Notes: generated by a model not told the origin, from the letters alone. DNA of 64,000 bases from Flectonema sp. DT1601 (GCA_964019425.1 OZ025788.1:1302001-1366000), one strand, 5' to 3'; shown: positions 50,491-63,520, numbered from the stretch's first letter. Numbers and translations are program-made.

Positions 50491-52832
50491 ATGGGTGGAT
50501 TTGACGACAGGAGAGGAAGCAACAGAAGAGAAAGAGACGATGATCATAACTGGTACTCCAGAGGAGGTAAGGTAGGAGGCTCAAGTAGAAGAGATGGTAA
50601 CGATGATAGAAGAGATGATCGTCCAAACCGCAACGAATTCAGCGACAAAAGCAGTCACTCAAACAGAAACGACCGCAGCGAAAGAAGTGATCGCGATGAC
50701 CGTCGCTCAGAACGTAGTGAAGCTGCTAATCACTCGGACCGTAACGACAGAAATGATCGCAGTGATCGTCAGCCTAGCAGAAATGGGCACAGCGACAGAA
50801 ATGATCGCCCCTCAGACCGCAACGGACCTAGCGACAGGAATCGCAGCGATCGCAACGGATACGGAGAAAGAAGCGACTTCCACTCAGACCGCAATGGGGA
50901 AAGAAGCGACCGCCAGGCAGACCGCAACGGGCACGGGGAAAGAAGTGACCACCGCAACGGACACGGGGAAAGAAGTGACCACCGCAACGGATACGGGGAA
51001 AGAAGCGACCGCCAAGCAGACCGCAACGGGCACGGGGAAAGAAGTGACCGCCACTCAGACCGCAACGGGTTTGGAGAAAGAAGCGACCGCCAAGCAGACC
51101 GCAAAGAATACGGGGAAAGAAGTGACCGTCACTCTGACCGCAATGGATACGGAGAGAGAAAAAGCCATTCGGACCGCAACGGTAGAAGTGATGACAGAAG
51201 TGGAAGAGAGAACTCCAGAGGTCCTTCTGATCGCAAGGATGGAAGGTCTGACGATCGTGGCCGTGGCCGTCCTGAACGTCGCGAAGACGAGGATGTCCAA
51301 GATCGCCCAGAAAATGATGACCCGTCATACGTCCATCACATGGACTGTAATCAAGAAAGACAAAGGTTACAGAGGAATATGAATTACAAGAGACCTAAGA
51401 ACCCAAAGCTTATGGTAGATCCGTCATCACTTATGAAACACGAGGTGCCTGAATTCCGTGACATGAAACTACCGCGGTACCTGTTGGAAGGAATCGAAGC
51501 GACGGGATATGAGAAGCCAACCCCAATCCAGTCTATCAGTATTCCTCTCGGGATTCAAGGAATGGATTTGTTGACTGTCGCACAGACGGGTTCTGGTAAG
51601 ACACTTTGTTTCTTAGTAACAATGGGCCATCGTATTAGTGAGGAAGGAAAAGATGGTGACTGCGACATGCGAAACGGAAAGCCAATGAGCCCGGCTGGAA
51701 TAGTAATCACTCCAACTAGAGAGCTTGCTCTTCAGATTATGGCTCACTCCATTACTGTCTTAGATAGTACGTATCTTCGTATTTGTGGTGCTTATGGTGG
51801 TGTGAAGCAAACCAACCAAAACATGGAGTTGGAGAAGCAGTGCCGTAACCGCAAACTTCCAAGTGGTGCAGACATTGTTGTCGGATGCCCTGGCAGGTTA
51901 TCAGACTTGTCAAGTAGTGGTAGAATCTCACTCAGAGAGATATCTTTCTTAGTTCTCGATGAAGCTGATCGTCTTCTAGACATGGGATTCCAGAGAGAGA
52001 TGGATTCTATTGTTCTCGATTCTGGAATGCCGAAGGACAGACAAACTCTTTTCTATTCCGCAACCTTTGACAGACGTGAAGTTGAATTTGCATCTGGCTA
52101 CCTGAAGCGCGATTACGTTGTTGTTCAGCAGGGAGTTGATAGAACATTTCCTGAAGCGATGAGTGTCAATATCCAAAAGGTGGATGGAAACAGCAACAGT
52201 ATTGGTTTCGATGAGGTTCGTGAAATCCAACGAAAGAGTGAAGGTCAGGTTTTAGTATTCGTCCCAACAAAGTTAACAGCAACTACTTGGGGAACTAAAT
52301 TTGGTAAAGATGCTTGTGTCCTTCACGGTGACATGAGTCAACAGGCGCGTGAACACTCTCTCGAAAACTTCCGCGACGGTAAAAAGAAAGTTCTCGTCGC
52401 GACTGACGTGGCTCAACGTGGTCTCGATGTCCCTGATGTAACTGACGTAGTTTCTCTCTACTGTCCTTTCAACGAAGACGATTTACTTCACCGTGCTGGT
52501 CGTACCGCAAGATCAGGAAGAAGAGGAAACTTCCACTTACTTCTTGATGGACGTCCTTCAGCTTCTCTTCCTTCGATTATCAATTTGATGAAAGAAAATA
52601 ATGTTGATGTGTGTTATTAATTAATCTTTTTATAAATAAATCATTCGATACTAACAACAGAAATAATAAACACCAACAGGTACCTCCATGGGTTTCAAAG
52701 ATTGTAGCAATGTGTCCTAGAGGGGGAAGCAGAACCAGATCTCGATCACGCTCAGTAGGTGGTAAGGGAAGGAATGGAAGTCGCGGACCATCACCAAGAA
52801 TGGGATCACGTGGACCTTCTGGAAGGTACTAA
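50491..52832 (+). CDS. DEAD-box RNA helicase (Ded1/DDX3/Vasa-like) with repetitive R/D/S/G N-terminus and RS/RG tail; exons 50491-52608, 52680-52832
   Basis: Q motif GYEKPTPIQ, AQTGSGKT, PTRELA, LDEADRLLDMGF, SAT, HRAGRTAR. Splicing gives ENNVD|VPPWV. Confidence 0.92.
50851..51183 (+). repeat. Coding tandem repeat (30/39-nt units, RNG[HYF]GERSD[H/RQAD/RHSD])
   Basis: Repeated cgcaacgg...ggggaaagaag(c/t)gac units. Confidence 0.9.
52609..52679 (+). other. Spliceosomal intron (71 nt, phase 0) with TACTAAC branch-site motif
   Basis: gtgtgt...tactaac (52649-52655)...caccaacag; restores the helicase C-terminus. Confidence 0.8.
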
Positions 52833-53477
52833 GACTTGTTTACAGTAACAGAAACGTTTTCTTAGTGAATTACAAATAAACAGTATTTAGGGAGCCTACC
52901 TCCCCTCAGCTCAGGTGGTTCTTCCTCATTAGAAAGACACCAATGCCTTGATTTTTCAGTTTTCTTTTTTTTTTTTCCCGCCGTTCTTCTTTTCTCGTAC
53001 AACGTTCGTGTTCTTATTGGTATTATTCATTTAGGTTGTGTGCAAAAAAAAGGAATAAAACGAAAGGCTTTTCCTAAATGCATATTGTCTATTGTTATGC
53101 TATCTTAAATGCACAATGAAAAAAACACCCAATGACGAATAAAAAAAAATGAGAAAGAAAAAATAAATAAATTTAATGACTTGCAGACTAATCACTACAT
53201 AGTTGAGGATTGCCTCATGCTGCAAATGTGACCATGAAAATACTTACAAACGATTTGGAGAATTCATAAACAAGAAAAGTTTAAATATCCAGCAATGTGT
53301 TATTTATATTTATATTTCATATTCTTCTCTTACAGTTTTCTGTAATATATCCTGCTTGTAATTGTTTCTGTAGTGTTCTACTATTAAGTGAGTTATTTCT
53401 GGCTTTATATTCTTATCTTCTTCTTCCTCAGATAAGTTTTCTTGTATCACATCAACACAAAAAAGTAATCATATCAG

Positions 53478-56400
53478 ATGGCTCCACAAATTGCTGAGGA
53501 AGCTACCAAGCTCTTCAACGCGCTCGAGGCCTCGTGCAAGGCCGACGACGCGAAGAAGTTGGCGGCGTTCTTGACCAACGCTGAGGGACAGCTCCTCGTT
53601 GAGGGAGGGTTCTTCGAGATGTTGGAGGACGCGGCAAACGCGGGAAAGAAGAAGGAGAACAGAAGACAGGCGTCGTGCATGGCGTTCGGAGCGATCAGCG
53701 AGGACGACGAATCGAAGTTGGAGGGACACACGATGAAGTTGTTCCCAACGATCGTGCAGTTGGTCGGAGACAAGACCCGCGCGGTTGCCAAGGCTGCCCA
53801 GGACGCGACGATCGCGTTCACCAAGAGATGCGCGAAGTGCCCAGCGTCAGCAAACGGAACGATGTCGGTGATGTTCGAGTGCTTGGAGTCGACGAAGTTC
53901 CAGGTGAAGATCGCTGCGTTGGAGTCTTTGACCACGTTCGCGAAGGGATGCCCAAAGGCCGTGGCGAACTGCATGCCTGAGCTGATCCCTGTTGTGTGCG
54001 ACTTGCTTCACGACACCAAGATCGCTGTTGCGGACGAGGCGGAGGTGGCCCTGAAGGCGATCGCCGAGGTTGCGAGCAACAAGGATATCGAGGAGTTCAT
54101 CCCGCTTCTGGTGAAGGCGCTGATGGAGCCAAGCAACGTTCCGGACTGCGTGTTCCAGTTGTCGTGCACGAAGTTCGTGGCGACAGTCGAGCGTCCGGAG
54201 TTGGCGTTGGTGACCCCTCTTCTGGTCCGTGGATTCCGTGAGTCGGAGACGAAGATCATCAGACAGTGTGCGAAGATCACTGACAACTTGTCGAAGTTGG
54301 TGGAGGTGCCAACGGAGGCTGAGCCACTTCTGCCAAAGCTGACTCCGGCGTTGGAGGAGGCGGCGGCGCACACCGGAGACCCAGAGTGCAGACAGGTGTG
54401 TGGAAAGGTTGTCGGACAGCTTGGAAAGTTGAAGGCGGCTGTTGAGCTTGAGAAGAAGAACTGGGTGGACGCTGCCCAGATGATCAAGATGCTGTCGGAG
54501 AGCAAGGAGGTGAAGTGCGCTGACGCGGTTGCCCTGCAGTACGCCGGAGAGCAGCTGTCATCTCTGTTCTTGATGAAGGACTTGGAGGTAGCGGACTGGG
54601 TGAAGGTTTGCAGAACCGTTACGACCAAGGCTGAGGACGTGGCGAAGAAGCTGTTCGCTCACTGCGAGGACGCGATGAGGGGGATCGTGGAGGAAGAGGC
54701 GGAGGACGCAGCGGAGTTGTGCAACTGCAAGTTCACCCTGGCGTACGGTTCAAAGATCTTGTTGAAGAACACGCAGCTGACCCTTCTGAAGGGAGTGAAG
54801 TACGGACTGCTCGGAGGAAACGAGTGCGGTAAGACTTCGTTGTTGAAGGCGATTGCGAACGACCAAGTTGAGGGATTCCCGCCATCGACTGAGGTGAGAA
54901 CGGTGTTCGTGGAGGCAGACATCCTCGGAGAGCTGAGTCACTTGAGCTGTTTGGACTACATCTTCGAAGATTCCCGTATCCAGGCTGCCGGAATCTCGCG
55001 TGAGGGAGTGCAGGATGCGATGTCGAAGGTCGGATTCGCAGGAGCGAACGAACAGCAGGGAGGAAAGGCGGCGAGAATCATGGACCCTGTGAGCTCGTTG
55101 TCCGGAGGTTGGAGAATGAAGCTCGCGTTGGCACGTGCTATGCTTCAAAAGGCGGACATCCTTCTGATGGATGACCCAACCAACCACTTGGACGTGAAGA
55201 ACGTTGCCTGGGTGGAGGACTACATCTGCAGCTTGAGCGACGTGACTTGCCTGATCGTTTCCCAGAACGCTCCGTTCTTGGAGAAGTGCTGCACCCGTAT
55301 CGTGCACATCGACAGTCTTCGTCTGCACAACTTCAAGGGAAGCATTGCGGCTTTCGTGGAGGCGAACCCGGAGGCGAAGTCGTACTTCGAGCTGAAGTCG
55401 TCGAGGGGACTGAAGTTCTCGTTCCCAGAGCCTGGTTTCTTGGAGGGAGTGAACTCGAGAGGTAAGGTTCTGATCAAGATGGACAAGGTGGACTTCACTT
55501 ACCCAGGAAACCCAAGGCCTACTGTGGTGGACCTGACGGTTCGTGTGTCGATGGCTTCCCGTGTGGCTTGCCTGGGACCAAACGGAGCCGGAAAGTCGAC
55601 GATGATCAAGCTGTTGACCGGAGAGTTGGAACCGGCGACCGGAACCCAGTGGAAGCATCCTAACGCGAAGCTCGCGTACGTTGCGCAGCACGCTTTCCAT
55701 CACATTGAGAACCACTTGAAGAAGACCCCTGCGGAGTACATCTTGTGGAGATACGAATACGGTATCGACAAGGAGTCTCTCGAGAAGGTGACGATGGTTT
55801 TGTCGAAGGAGGAGGAGGCGAAGCTGAAGGAGATTCGTACCTGGGAGTACACGGACGAGGAGGGTCTGAAGAGAGGAAAGTTCGTGATCGAGAAGCTGTC
55901 TGGTATCAGAAAGCAGGTGAAGACGACCTACCACTACGAGGTGAAGTTCGCGGGAGCGGCGGGAGCGACCGGATTCATCCCAGAGGACAAGCTTGCGGAG
56001 CACGGTTGGGGAAAGCACGTGAAGCAGGTTGCCGAGAAGATCCTCGCCGAGCAGGGACGATTCAAGAGACCATTGACCCAGTCGAACGTGGAGAAGCTGT
56101 TGGAAGACGTTGGTCTTGAGAAGGAGTACGCGTCTCACTCGCAGATGAACGCGCTTTCCGGAGGACAGAAGGTGAAGGTTGTGTTGGGAGCTGCTATGTG
56201 GGACCAGCCTCACATTGTCATCCTCGACGAGCCTACCAACTACCTTGACAGAGAGTCACTTGCCGCGCTCGCCGGTGCGATCGAAGAGTTCAAGGGAGGA
56301 GTCGTCATCATCACTCACAACGACCAGTTCTCGAAGCACTTGTGTCCAGAGACCTGGTTGGTTGAGAAGGGTGACGACGGTATCGGTCACCTCGACTGCA

Positions 56401-56887
56401 AGGGAGACGCAGACTGGATGGAGGCCGTGATGAAGGAGAAGACCGGAGCCGTCGTCATGGAGGAGATGGTTGATGCCCTTGGTAACGTTTCGAAGGTATG
56501 TTGTTGTTGTTGTTGTTGTTGTTTTTGTTTTCGTTTTTTTTTAGTTTTTGTTTTGGATATTGTTTGTTTTGTTCTGTTTGTGATTCGTGTGCGAAAGCAA
56601 TTGCGGCTCTCCCATCGGCTCAACACTTGATGAAGAGTTTTCTTTTATGTTGTGTCCTATTTTTGTTTGTTTTCTAAGGATTTGTGAAATGTTTTGTAAT
56701 TTCTTACTATTGCGACGGTGACAATATCCAAACTGTGAATATGAACGAATTGAAATAATGAACATCAATACAGGTCAAGGCCCCAAAGAAGGAGTTGAGC
56801 AGAAAGGAGAGAAAGCAGCGTGAGGCCGCCAAGAAGAGAGCTCTCGCCAACGGTGAGTCATGGTCATCTGATGAGGATGATATGTAA
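53478..56887 (+). CDS. eEF3: eEF3-like, copy 2; exons 53478-56495, 56774-56887
   Basis: Protein appears identical to copy 1, with a few synonymous differences. Confidence 0.95.
56496..56773 (+). other. Intron in eEF3 copy 2 (278 nt; three extra TTG units)
   Basis: gtatgt...atacag, near-identical to the copy 1 intron. Confidence 0.92.
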
Positions 56888-58651
56888 AGAGTATGAAGTG
56901 TTGTTATAATAAAGCTCTATTGACACATATGTTTGCGTTTTCTCTCAGCACGTCAGTTTCAGTAATTTTCTCTTTGATGTGATTATATTCAGACTCTATT
57001 TTATTTTATTTTATTTTTATTACGTTTCAACTCTTCTTTTTTGACATAAAATAATAAACAAAAAAAAAAAAATTATTTCGAAAAGAAAAACATTTTAAGC
57101 AGGTTGTCATTGAAACTTATGGTAGCCTGCTGTTTTTTTTCTTAAATAAGAAAAAAATAATTTTAAAAAAAAAAAAATAAAAAAAAATAATCCGCCATAT
57201 CTATGTTAGTTGCTTTTTTATTTGATTGCTTGACTAATTGTCGAGTAAGAAAACCGTAATATGCGAAATGAATCGTTTTCGTTTATGATTTTTTTTTCCC
57301 CCGTTATAAAGTACGCTCTGTTCCCGTTAGTAGTCCTAAGATGATACCATATCTATTTTAAGACTCGGTAGAACTTCTCCAGAGTACCAAATTCAGTCAC
57401 CACACCCCAGAAAATTTCTTTCTCTCCTCTTAATCACTCTCTTCACTTTTTTTTATCATTTATTTTTTATCTTTCTATATGACCTGTTTTTATATTGCGC
57501 GGTGGTAGTTTTTGTCATATTATTTTACTACTTAGGATGATAATCACAGCATGAATATCAGTTTGAGACTTTGAGTAGTAAAAGTACTTCAGACTAACGT
57601 AGTCACATTATTAATAATCGGGAGTAGTAATAAAAAGAAGCGATCACAGGAGCTTGATCTTTATTTTAATTACAGTTTTTGCATCCCAACATTACATTCC
57701 TTTTACAGATGTTTAGTTCATTAGCTGCTCTCTTCAATGAGAAATGCTGAGATCAAACTACGTCATCAATCATCTTTACTAAAAAGGAACTGCATAAAGT
57801 ACAGGTTAACTTTTAATGAATTATTTTAACCTTAAATGGCCTGGAATGCCCTGCTTACCAGCACCCTGAAGATATCCACTTAATCTGCACTCTACGAGTT
57901 GAATGTAGAACTGTATTTGTATGCAGTCAGGACTGACATAGTTTCCAACATGAATCTCCATGTTCTGAATATATTCCGTCCTCATCCTCAGGATATATTT
58001 ACTAATTCCATTACGTATTCCACCGCTGGGTTCGTTGATCCTTAACCCTACGGAAGCTTTCTCTGGATAACAACCGTGCTCTCATCGGCTGACAGACTCT
58101 AGCTTGGCACTACTAGTGCACAGAATGCGTTACATGTTGATGAGATATCGTCTCTGTCAGAGTTAGCGGCAGAATGTTTTAATATCGAGTCCTATCAGAA
58201 TGTGTAGTCACAAAATATTTTCCTTAAAAACTATACTTCTGGAGATTGCGGAGTACTTAACGAAACAGATTATCGCAGATATGATCGAACACTTTATATA
58301 ATAGGGCAAATCGTTTGACAAAGCGATTAAGCTCGCAGAAATCGAAACACAAAGGAAGGCTAAAAATGAGAGGAATAGAAAAGGGAAGTTCTGGAAGTTG
58401 GAATCCGCATAATAACTTTGAAGAGTAGAAGCTATAGGTGTTTCAGGATTAATTCATTCTTATTATTTTCATTCCTAAAAGGCACACAATACAATCATTG
58501 AGTTCATCGACAGCGTAAGTTACAAACACACTTCCTCTTCTGTGATATTTAATTATGAACATGACGTGAATGTAATCTGTAAACTTCAATTCTTTCTCCT
58601 CTCAGATAAGTTTTCTTGTATCACATCAACACAAAAAAGTAATCATATCAG

Positions 58652-61600
58652 ATGGCTCCACAAATTGCTGAGGAAGCTACCAAGCTCTTCAACGCGCTCG
58701 AGGCCTCATGCAAGGCCGACGACGCGAAGAAGTTGGCGGCGTTCTTGACCAACGCTGAGGGACAGCTCCTCGTTGAGGGAGGGTTCTTCGAGATGTTGGA
58801 GGACGCGGCAAACGCGGGAAAGAAGAAGGAGAACAGAAGACAGGCGTCGTGCATGGCGTTCGGAGCGATCAGCGAGGACGACGAATCGAAGTTGGAGGGA
58901 CACACGATGAAGTTGTTCCCAACGATCGTGCAATTGGTCGGAGACAAGACCCGCGCGGTTGCCAAGGCTGCCCAGGACGCGACGATCGCGTTCACCAAGA
59001 GATGCGCGAAGTGCCCAGCGTCAGCAAACGGAACGATGTCGGTGATGTTCGAGTGCTTGGAGTCGACGAAGTTCCAGGTGAAGATCGCTGCGTTGGAGTC
59101 TTTGACCACGTTCGCGAAGGGATGCCCAAAGGCCGTGGCGAACTGCATGCCTGAGCTGATCCCTGTGGTGTGCGACTTGCTTCACGACACCAAGATCGCT
59201 GTTGCGGACGAGGCGGAGGTGGCCCTGAAGGCGATCGCCGAGGTTGCGAGCAACAAGGATATCGAGGAGTTCATCCCGCTTCTGGTGAAGGCGTTGATGG
59301 AGCCAAGCAACGTTCCGGACTGCGTGTTCCAGTTGTCGTGCACGAAGTTCGTGGCAACAGTCGAGCGTCCGGAGTTGGCGTTGGTGACTCCTCTTCTGGT
59401 CCGTGGATTCCGTGAGTCGGAGACGAAGATCATCAGACAGTGTGCGAAGATCACTGACAACTTGTCGAAGTTGGTGGAAGTGCCAACAGAGGCTGAACCA
59501 CTTCTGCCAAAGCTGACTCCGGCGTTGGAGGAGGCGGCGGCGCACACCGGAGACCCAGAGTGCAGACAGGTGTGTGGAAAGGTTGTCGGACAGCTTGGAA
59601 AGTTGAAGGCGGCGGTTGAGCTTGAGAAGAAGAACTGGGTGGACGCTGCCCAGATGATCAAGATGCTGTCGGAGAGCAAGGAGGTGAAGTGCGCTGACGC
59701 GGTTGCCCTGCAGTACGCCGGAGAGCAGCTGTCATCTCTGTTCTTGATGAAGGACTTGGAGGTAGCGGACTGGGTGAAGGTTTGCAGAACCGTTACGACC
59801 AAGGCTGAGGACGTGGCGAAGAAGTTGTTCGCTCACTGCGAGGACGCGATGAGGGGGATCGTGGAGGAGGAGGCGGAGGACGCAGCGGAGTTGTGCAACT
59901 GCAAGTTCACCCTGGCGTACGGTTCAAAGATCTTGTTGAAGAACACGCAGCTGACCCTTCTGAAGGGAGTGAAGTACGGACTGCTCGGAGGAAACGAGTG
60001 CGGTAAGACTTCGTTGTTGAAGGCGATTGCGAACGACCAAGTTGAGGGATTCCCGCCATCGACTGAGGTGAGAACGGTGTTCGTGGAGGCAGACATCCTC
60101 GGAGAGCTGAGTCACTTGAGCTGTTTGGACTACATCTTCGAAGATTCCCGTATCCAGGCTGCCGGAATCTCGCGTGAGGGAGTGCAGGATGCGATGTCGA
60201 AGGTCGGATTCGCAGGAGCGAACGAACAGCAGGGAGGAAAGGCGGCGAGAATCATGGACCCTGTGAGCTCGTTGTCCGGAGGTTGGAGAATGAAGCTCGC
60301 GTTGGCACGTGCTATGCTTCAAAAGGCGGACATCCTTCTGATGGATGACCCAACCAACCACTTGGACGTGAAGAACGTTGCCTGGGTGGAGGACTACATC
60401 TGCAGCTTGAGCGACGTGACGTGCCTGATCGTTTCCCAGAACGCTCCGTTCTTGGAGAAGTGCTGCACCCGTATCGTGCACATCGACAGTCTTCGTCTGC
60501 ACAACTTCAAGGGAAGCATTGCGGCTTTCGTGGAGGCGAACCCGGAGGCGAAGTCGTACTTCGAGCTGAAGTCGTCGAGGGGACTGAAGTTCTCGTTCCC
60601 AGAGCCTGGTTTCTTGGAGGGAGTGAACTCGAGAGGTAAGGTTCTGATCAAGATGGACAAGGTGGACTTCACTTACCCAGGAAACCCAAGGCCTACTGTG
60701 GTGGACCTGACGGTTCGTGTGTCGATGGCTTCCCGTGTGGCTTGCCTGGGACCAAACGGAGCCGGAAAGTCGACGATGATCAAGCTGTTGACCGGAGAGT
60801 TGGAACCGGCGACCGGAACCCAGTGGAAGCATCCTAACGCGAAGCTCGCGTACGTTGCGCAGCACGCTTTCCATCACATTGAGAACCACTTGAAGAAGAC
60901 CCCTGCGGAGTACATCTTGTGGAGATACGAATACGGTATCGACAAGGAGTCTCTCGAGAAGGTGACGATGGTTTTGTCGAAGGAGGAGGAGGCGAAGCTG
61001 AAGGAGATTCGTACCTGGGAGTACACGGACGAGGAGGGTCTGAAGAGAGGAAAGTTCGTGATCGAGAAGCTGTCTGGTATCAGAAAGCAGGTGAAGACGA
61101 CCTACCACTACGAGGTGAAGTTCGCGGGAGCGGCGGGAGCGACCGGATTCATCCCAGAGGACAAGCTTGCGGAGCACGGTTGGGGAAAGCACGTGAAGCA
61201 GGTTGCCGAGAAGATCCTCGCCGAGCAGGGACGATTCAAGAGACCATTGACCCAGTCGAACGTGGAGAAGCTGTTGGAAGACGTCGGTCTTGAGAAGGAG
61301 TACGCGTCTCACTCGCAGATGAACGCGCTTTCCGGAGGACAGAAGGTGAAGGTTGTGTTGGGAGCTGCTATGTGGGACCAGCCTCACATTGTCATCCTCG
61401 ACGAGCCTACCAACTACCTTGACAGAGAGTCACTTGCCGCGCTCGCCGGTGCGATCGAAGAGTTCAAGGGAGGAGTCGTCATCATCACTCACAACGACCA
61501 GTTCTCGAAGCACTTGTGTCCAGAGACCTGGTTGGTTGAGAAGGGTGACGACGGTATCGGTCACCTCGACTGCAAGGGAGACGCAGACTGGATGGAGGCC

Positions 61601-62058
61601 GTGATGAAGGAGAAGACCGGAGCCGTCGTCATGGAGGAGATGGTTGATGCCCTTGGTAACGTTTCGAAGGTATGTTGTTGTTGTTGTTTTTGTTTTCGTT
61701 TTTTTTTAGTTTTTGTTTTGGATATTGTTTGTTTTGTTCTGATTGTGATTCGTGTGCGAAAGCAATTGCGGCTCTCCCATCGGCTCAACACTTGATGAAG
61801 AGTTTTCTTTTATGTTGTGTCCCTTTTTTTTTTTTGTTTGTTTTTTAAAGATTTGTGAAATGTTTTGTAATTTCTTACTATTGCGACGGTGACAATATCC
61901 AAACTGTGAATATGAACGAATTGAAATAATGAACATCAATACAGGTCAAGGCCCCAAAGAAGGAGTTGAGCAGAAAGGAGAGAAAGCAGCGAGAGGCCGC
62001 CAAGAAGAGAGCTCTCGCCAACGGTGAGTCATGGTCATCTGATGAGGATGATATGTAA
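58652..62058 (+). CDS. eEF3: eEF3-like, copy 3; exons 58652-61669, 61945-62058
   Basis: Protein appears identical to copy 1, with scattered synonymous differences. Confidence 0.95.
61670..61944 (+). other. Intron in eEF3 copy 3 (275 nt)
   Basis: gtatgt...atacag; expanded T run relative to copy 1. Confidence 0.92.
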
Positions 62059-63520
62059 GATACAATGAATAAGGTTCTTAAAATTATTTTTTAGTTTCGT
62101 CTTACCACGTTTATTGATTGCTTGTATGACACTATGAAAATTAAATTGCCAGTTTTTTGACTTTAGTCAGAAGGGCTGTGATTGTTAAGAAGGGACGCAT
62201 TTTGTATTATCGAAATTCTGACTTTTGGTCGGAAGTTGGGTGACACAGAATTTAAGAAAATAAAATATAAAAGCTGATCAAAAGGAGAAGATTATTATTC
62301 TCCACCTCCGTCGTAAATTTATTGCTGAAACTTTGACTCTGCAAGTTATTAAAACAGCAATATTTAATCTTTGTGAGTGAATGAATATTATCCAATAGCG
62401 ATTGAGTGCCACTTCCCTTCCAACTCAGTTGCCATGTTTGTTCCTCTCCCATTTTTTATCACTTCCCGTCCATCATTCGTTTTTTTTCTTTTCTCATTTT
62501 GTTATTTCAATCTCAATTCAAAGGTGATTTGAGTTTGTTGTTTCCGATTCAGTTTTAATAAAAATAAGTTCCTTTTATACAGCAAGATGAAAATGCAAAG
62601 ATGTGCGATGAATTAAGCAGCGATGACGAAGCGTAAACAGTTGTTGAATGTTGTTACAAGTGAATCTTAATTAGAGAATCAATTATGCAGCCTTTTTAAA
62701 GAGGGGGGGAAGTACCTCTATTTTATTGGGGAAATTTCTTTTTTCGGAAATGTCAGGAATTCGGAATCCCTTTATATAAGAGTATTCATCACACATGTTA
62801 TTCTTGCGAGACTACCACTTTTAATGTGGTTCACTTCACACTCTTCAATTAATGATTCTGAAGGCTTCTTTTTCTTCTTCACATAAAAGTTGCTCATTTC
62901 AATTTTGAATGGGTAGCTATGCTTCTCCTCTTTCGGTAGCCGCTCTGAGCTGCTTCAGGCATCACAAGGTGGGTATTATGTTAAAGGAAGCCTACGATGG
63001 AGTATTTCATAGCGAAATGACTTCGTTGAAGCGGTCATACTGAGCATAACAGTAACGTCGCACCCAGAAAGGAATTCCAGCAGTTTTGCAATCACGTTTA
63101 TCCAGATTTTTGTCGTCCCATTGGACTCTCTCCTACTAGTCTCCGTGTTGTCAATCAGTAATTGCAGTCGCTCAATTATCACTTTTGTAGTAATGTTTGT
63201 TTTTGTTATGTTTGGGGTTCTCGCCACAAGCAAAAAATGCAAGATTCTTTTCTCTTACAAAGATTACGAGTAAAGTGGAATTGATTTTTTTAGGGACAGG
63301 GCTGGGTCGATTGAGTTGTACATGCCCGCAGTTTACTGTTGACTAGAATGGTACCAGACTTTTGACATCCACGTAGGAATCTAATAACATGGCATCCTTG
63401 TATTCGATACCCAGACATGATTCAATGTAAGGATCGCATTTATAATTGACGTTTGGAACACGCATCCACACATTCTTACAGCCATATAAACACCCCGAAG
63501 CAAATAGTAACTCAAAAATA

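Noticed and set aside
13854..52832. Homology to the trypanosome cis-spliced PAP and DEAD-helicase introns
   Set aside because: The introns here are in non-conserved C-terminal tails and many other genes also have introns; probably coincidental.
58121..58412. Possible pseudogene or stop-codon reassignment (TILLEIAEYL...**GKSFDKAIKLAE...)
   Set aside because: No recognisable homology; needs a frameshift and several stops. TAA, TAG and TGA all terminate genuine genes here, so recoding is unsupported.
42290..62058. eEF3 triplication as an assembly artefact
   Set aside because: Each copy has unique flanks, private synonymous SNPs and different intron microsatellite lengths.
62960..63420. Coding-like composition upstream of the Ubl-LRR gene
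   Set aside because: All frames are interrupted and no family is recognisable.
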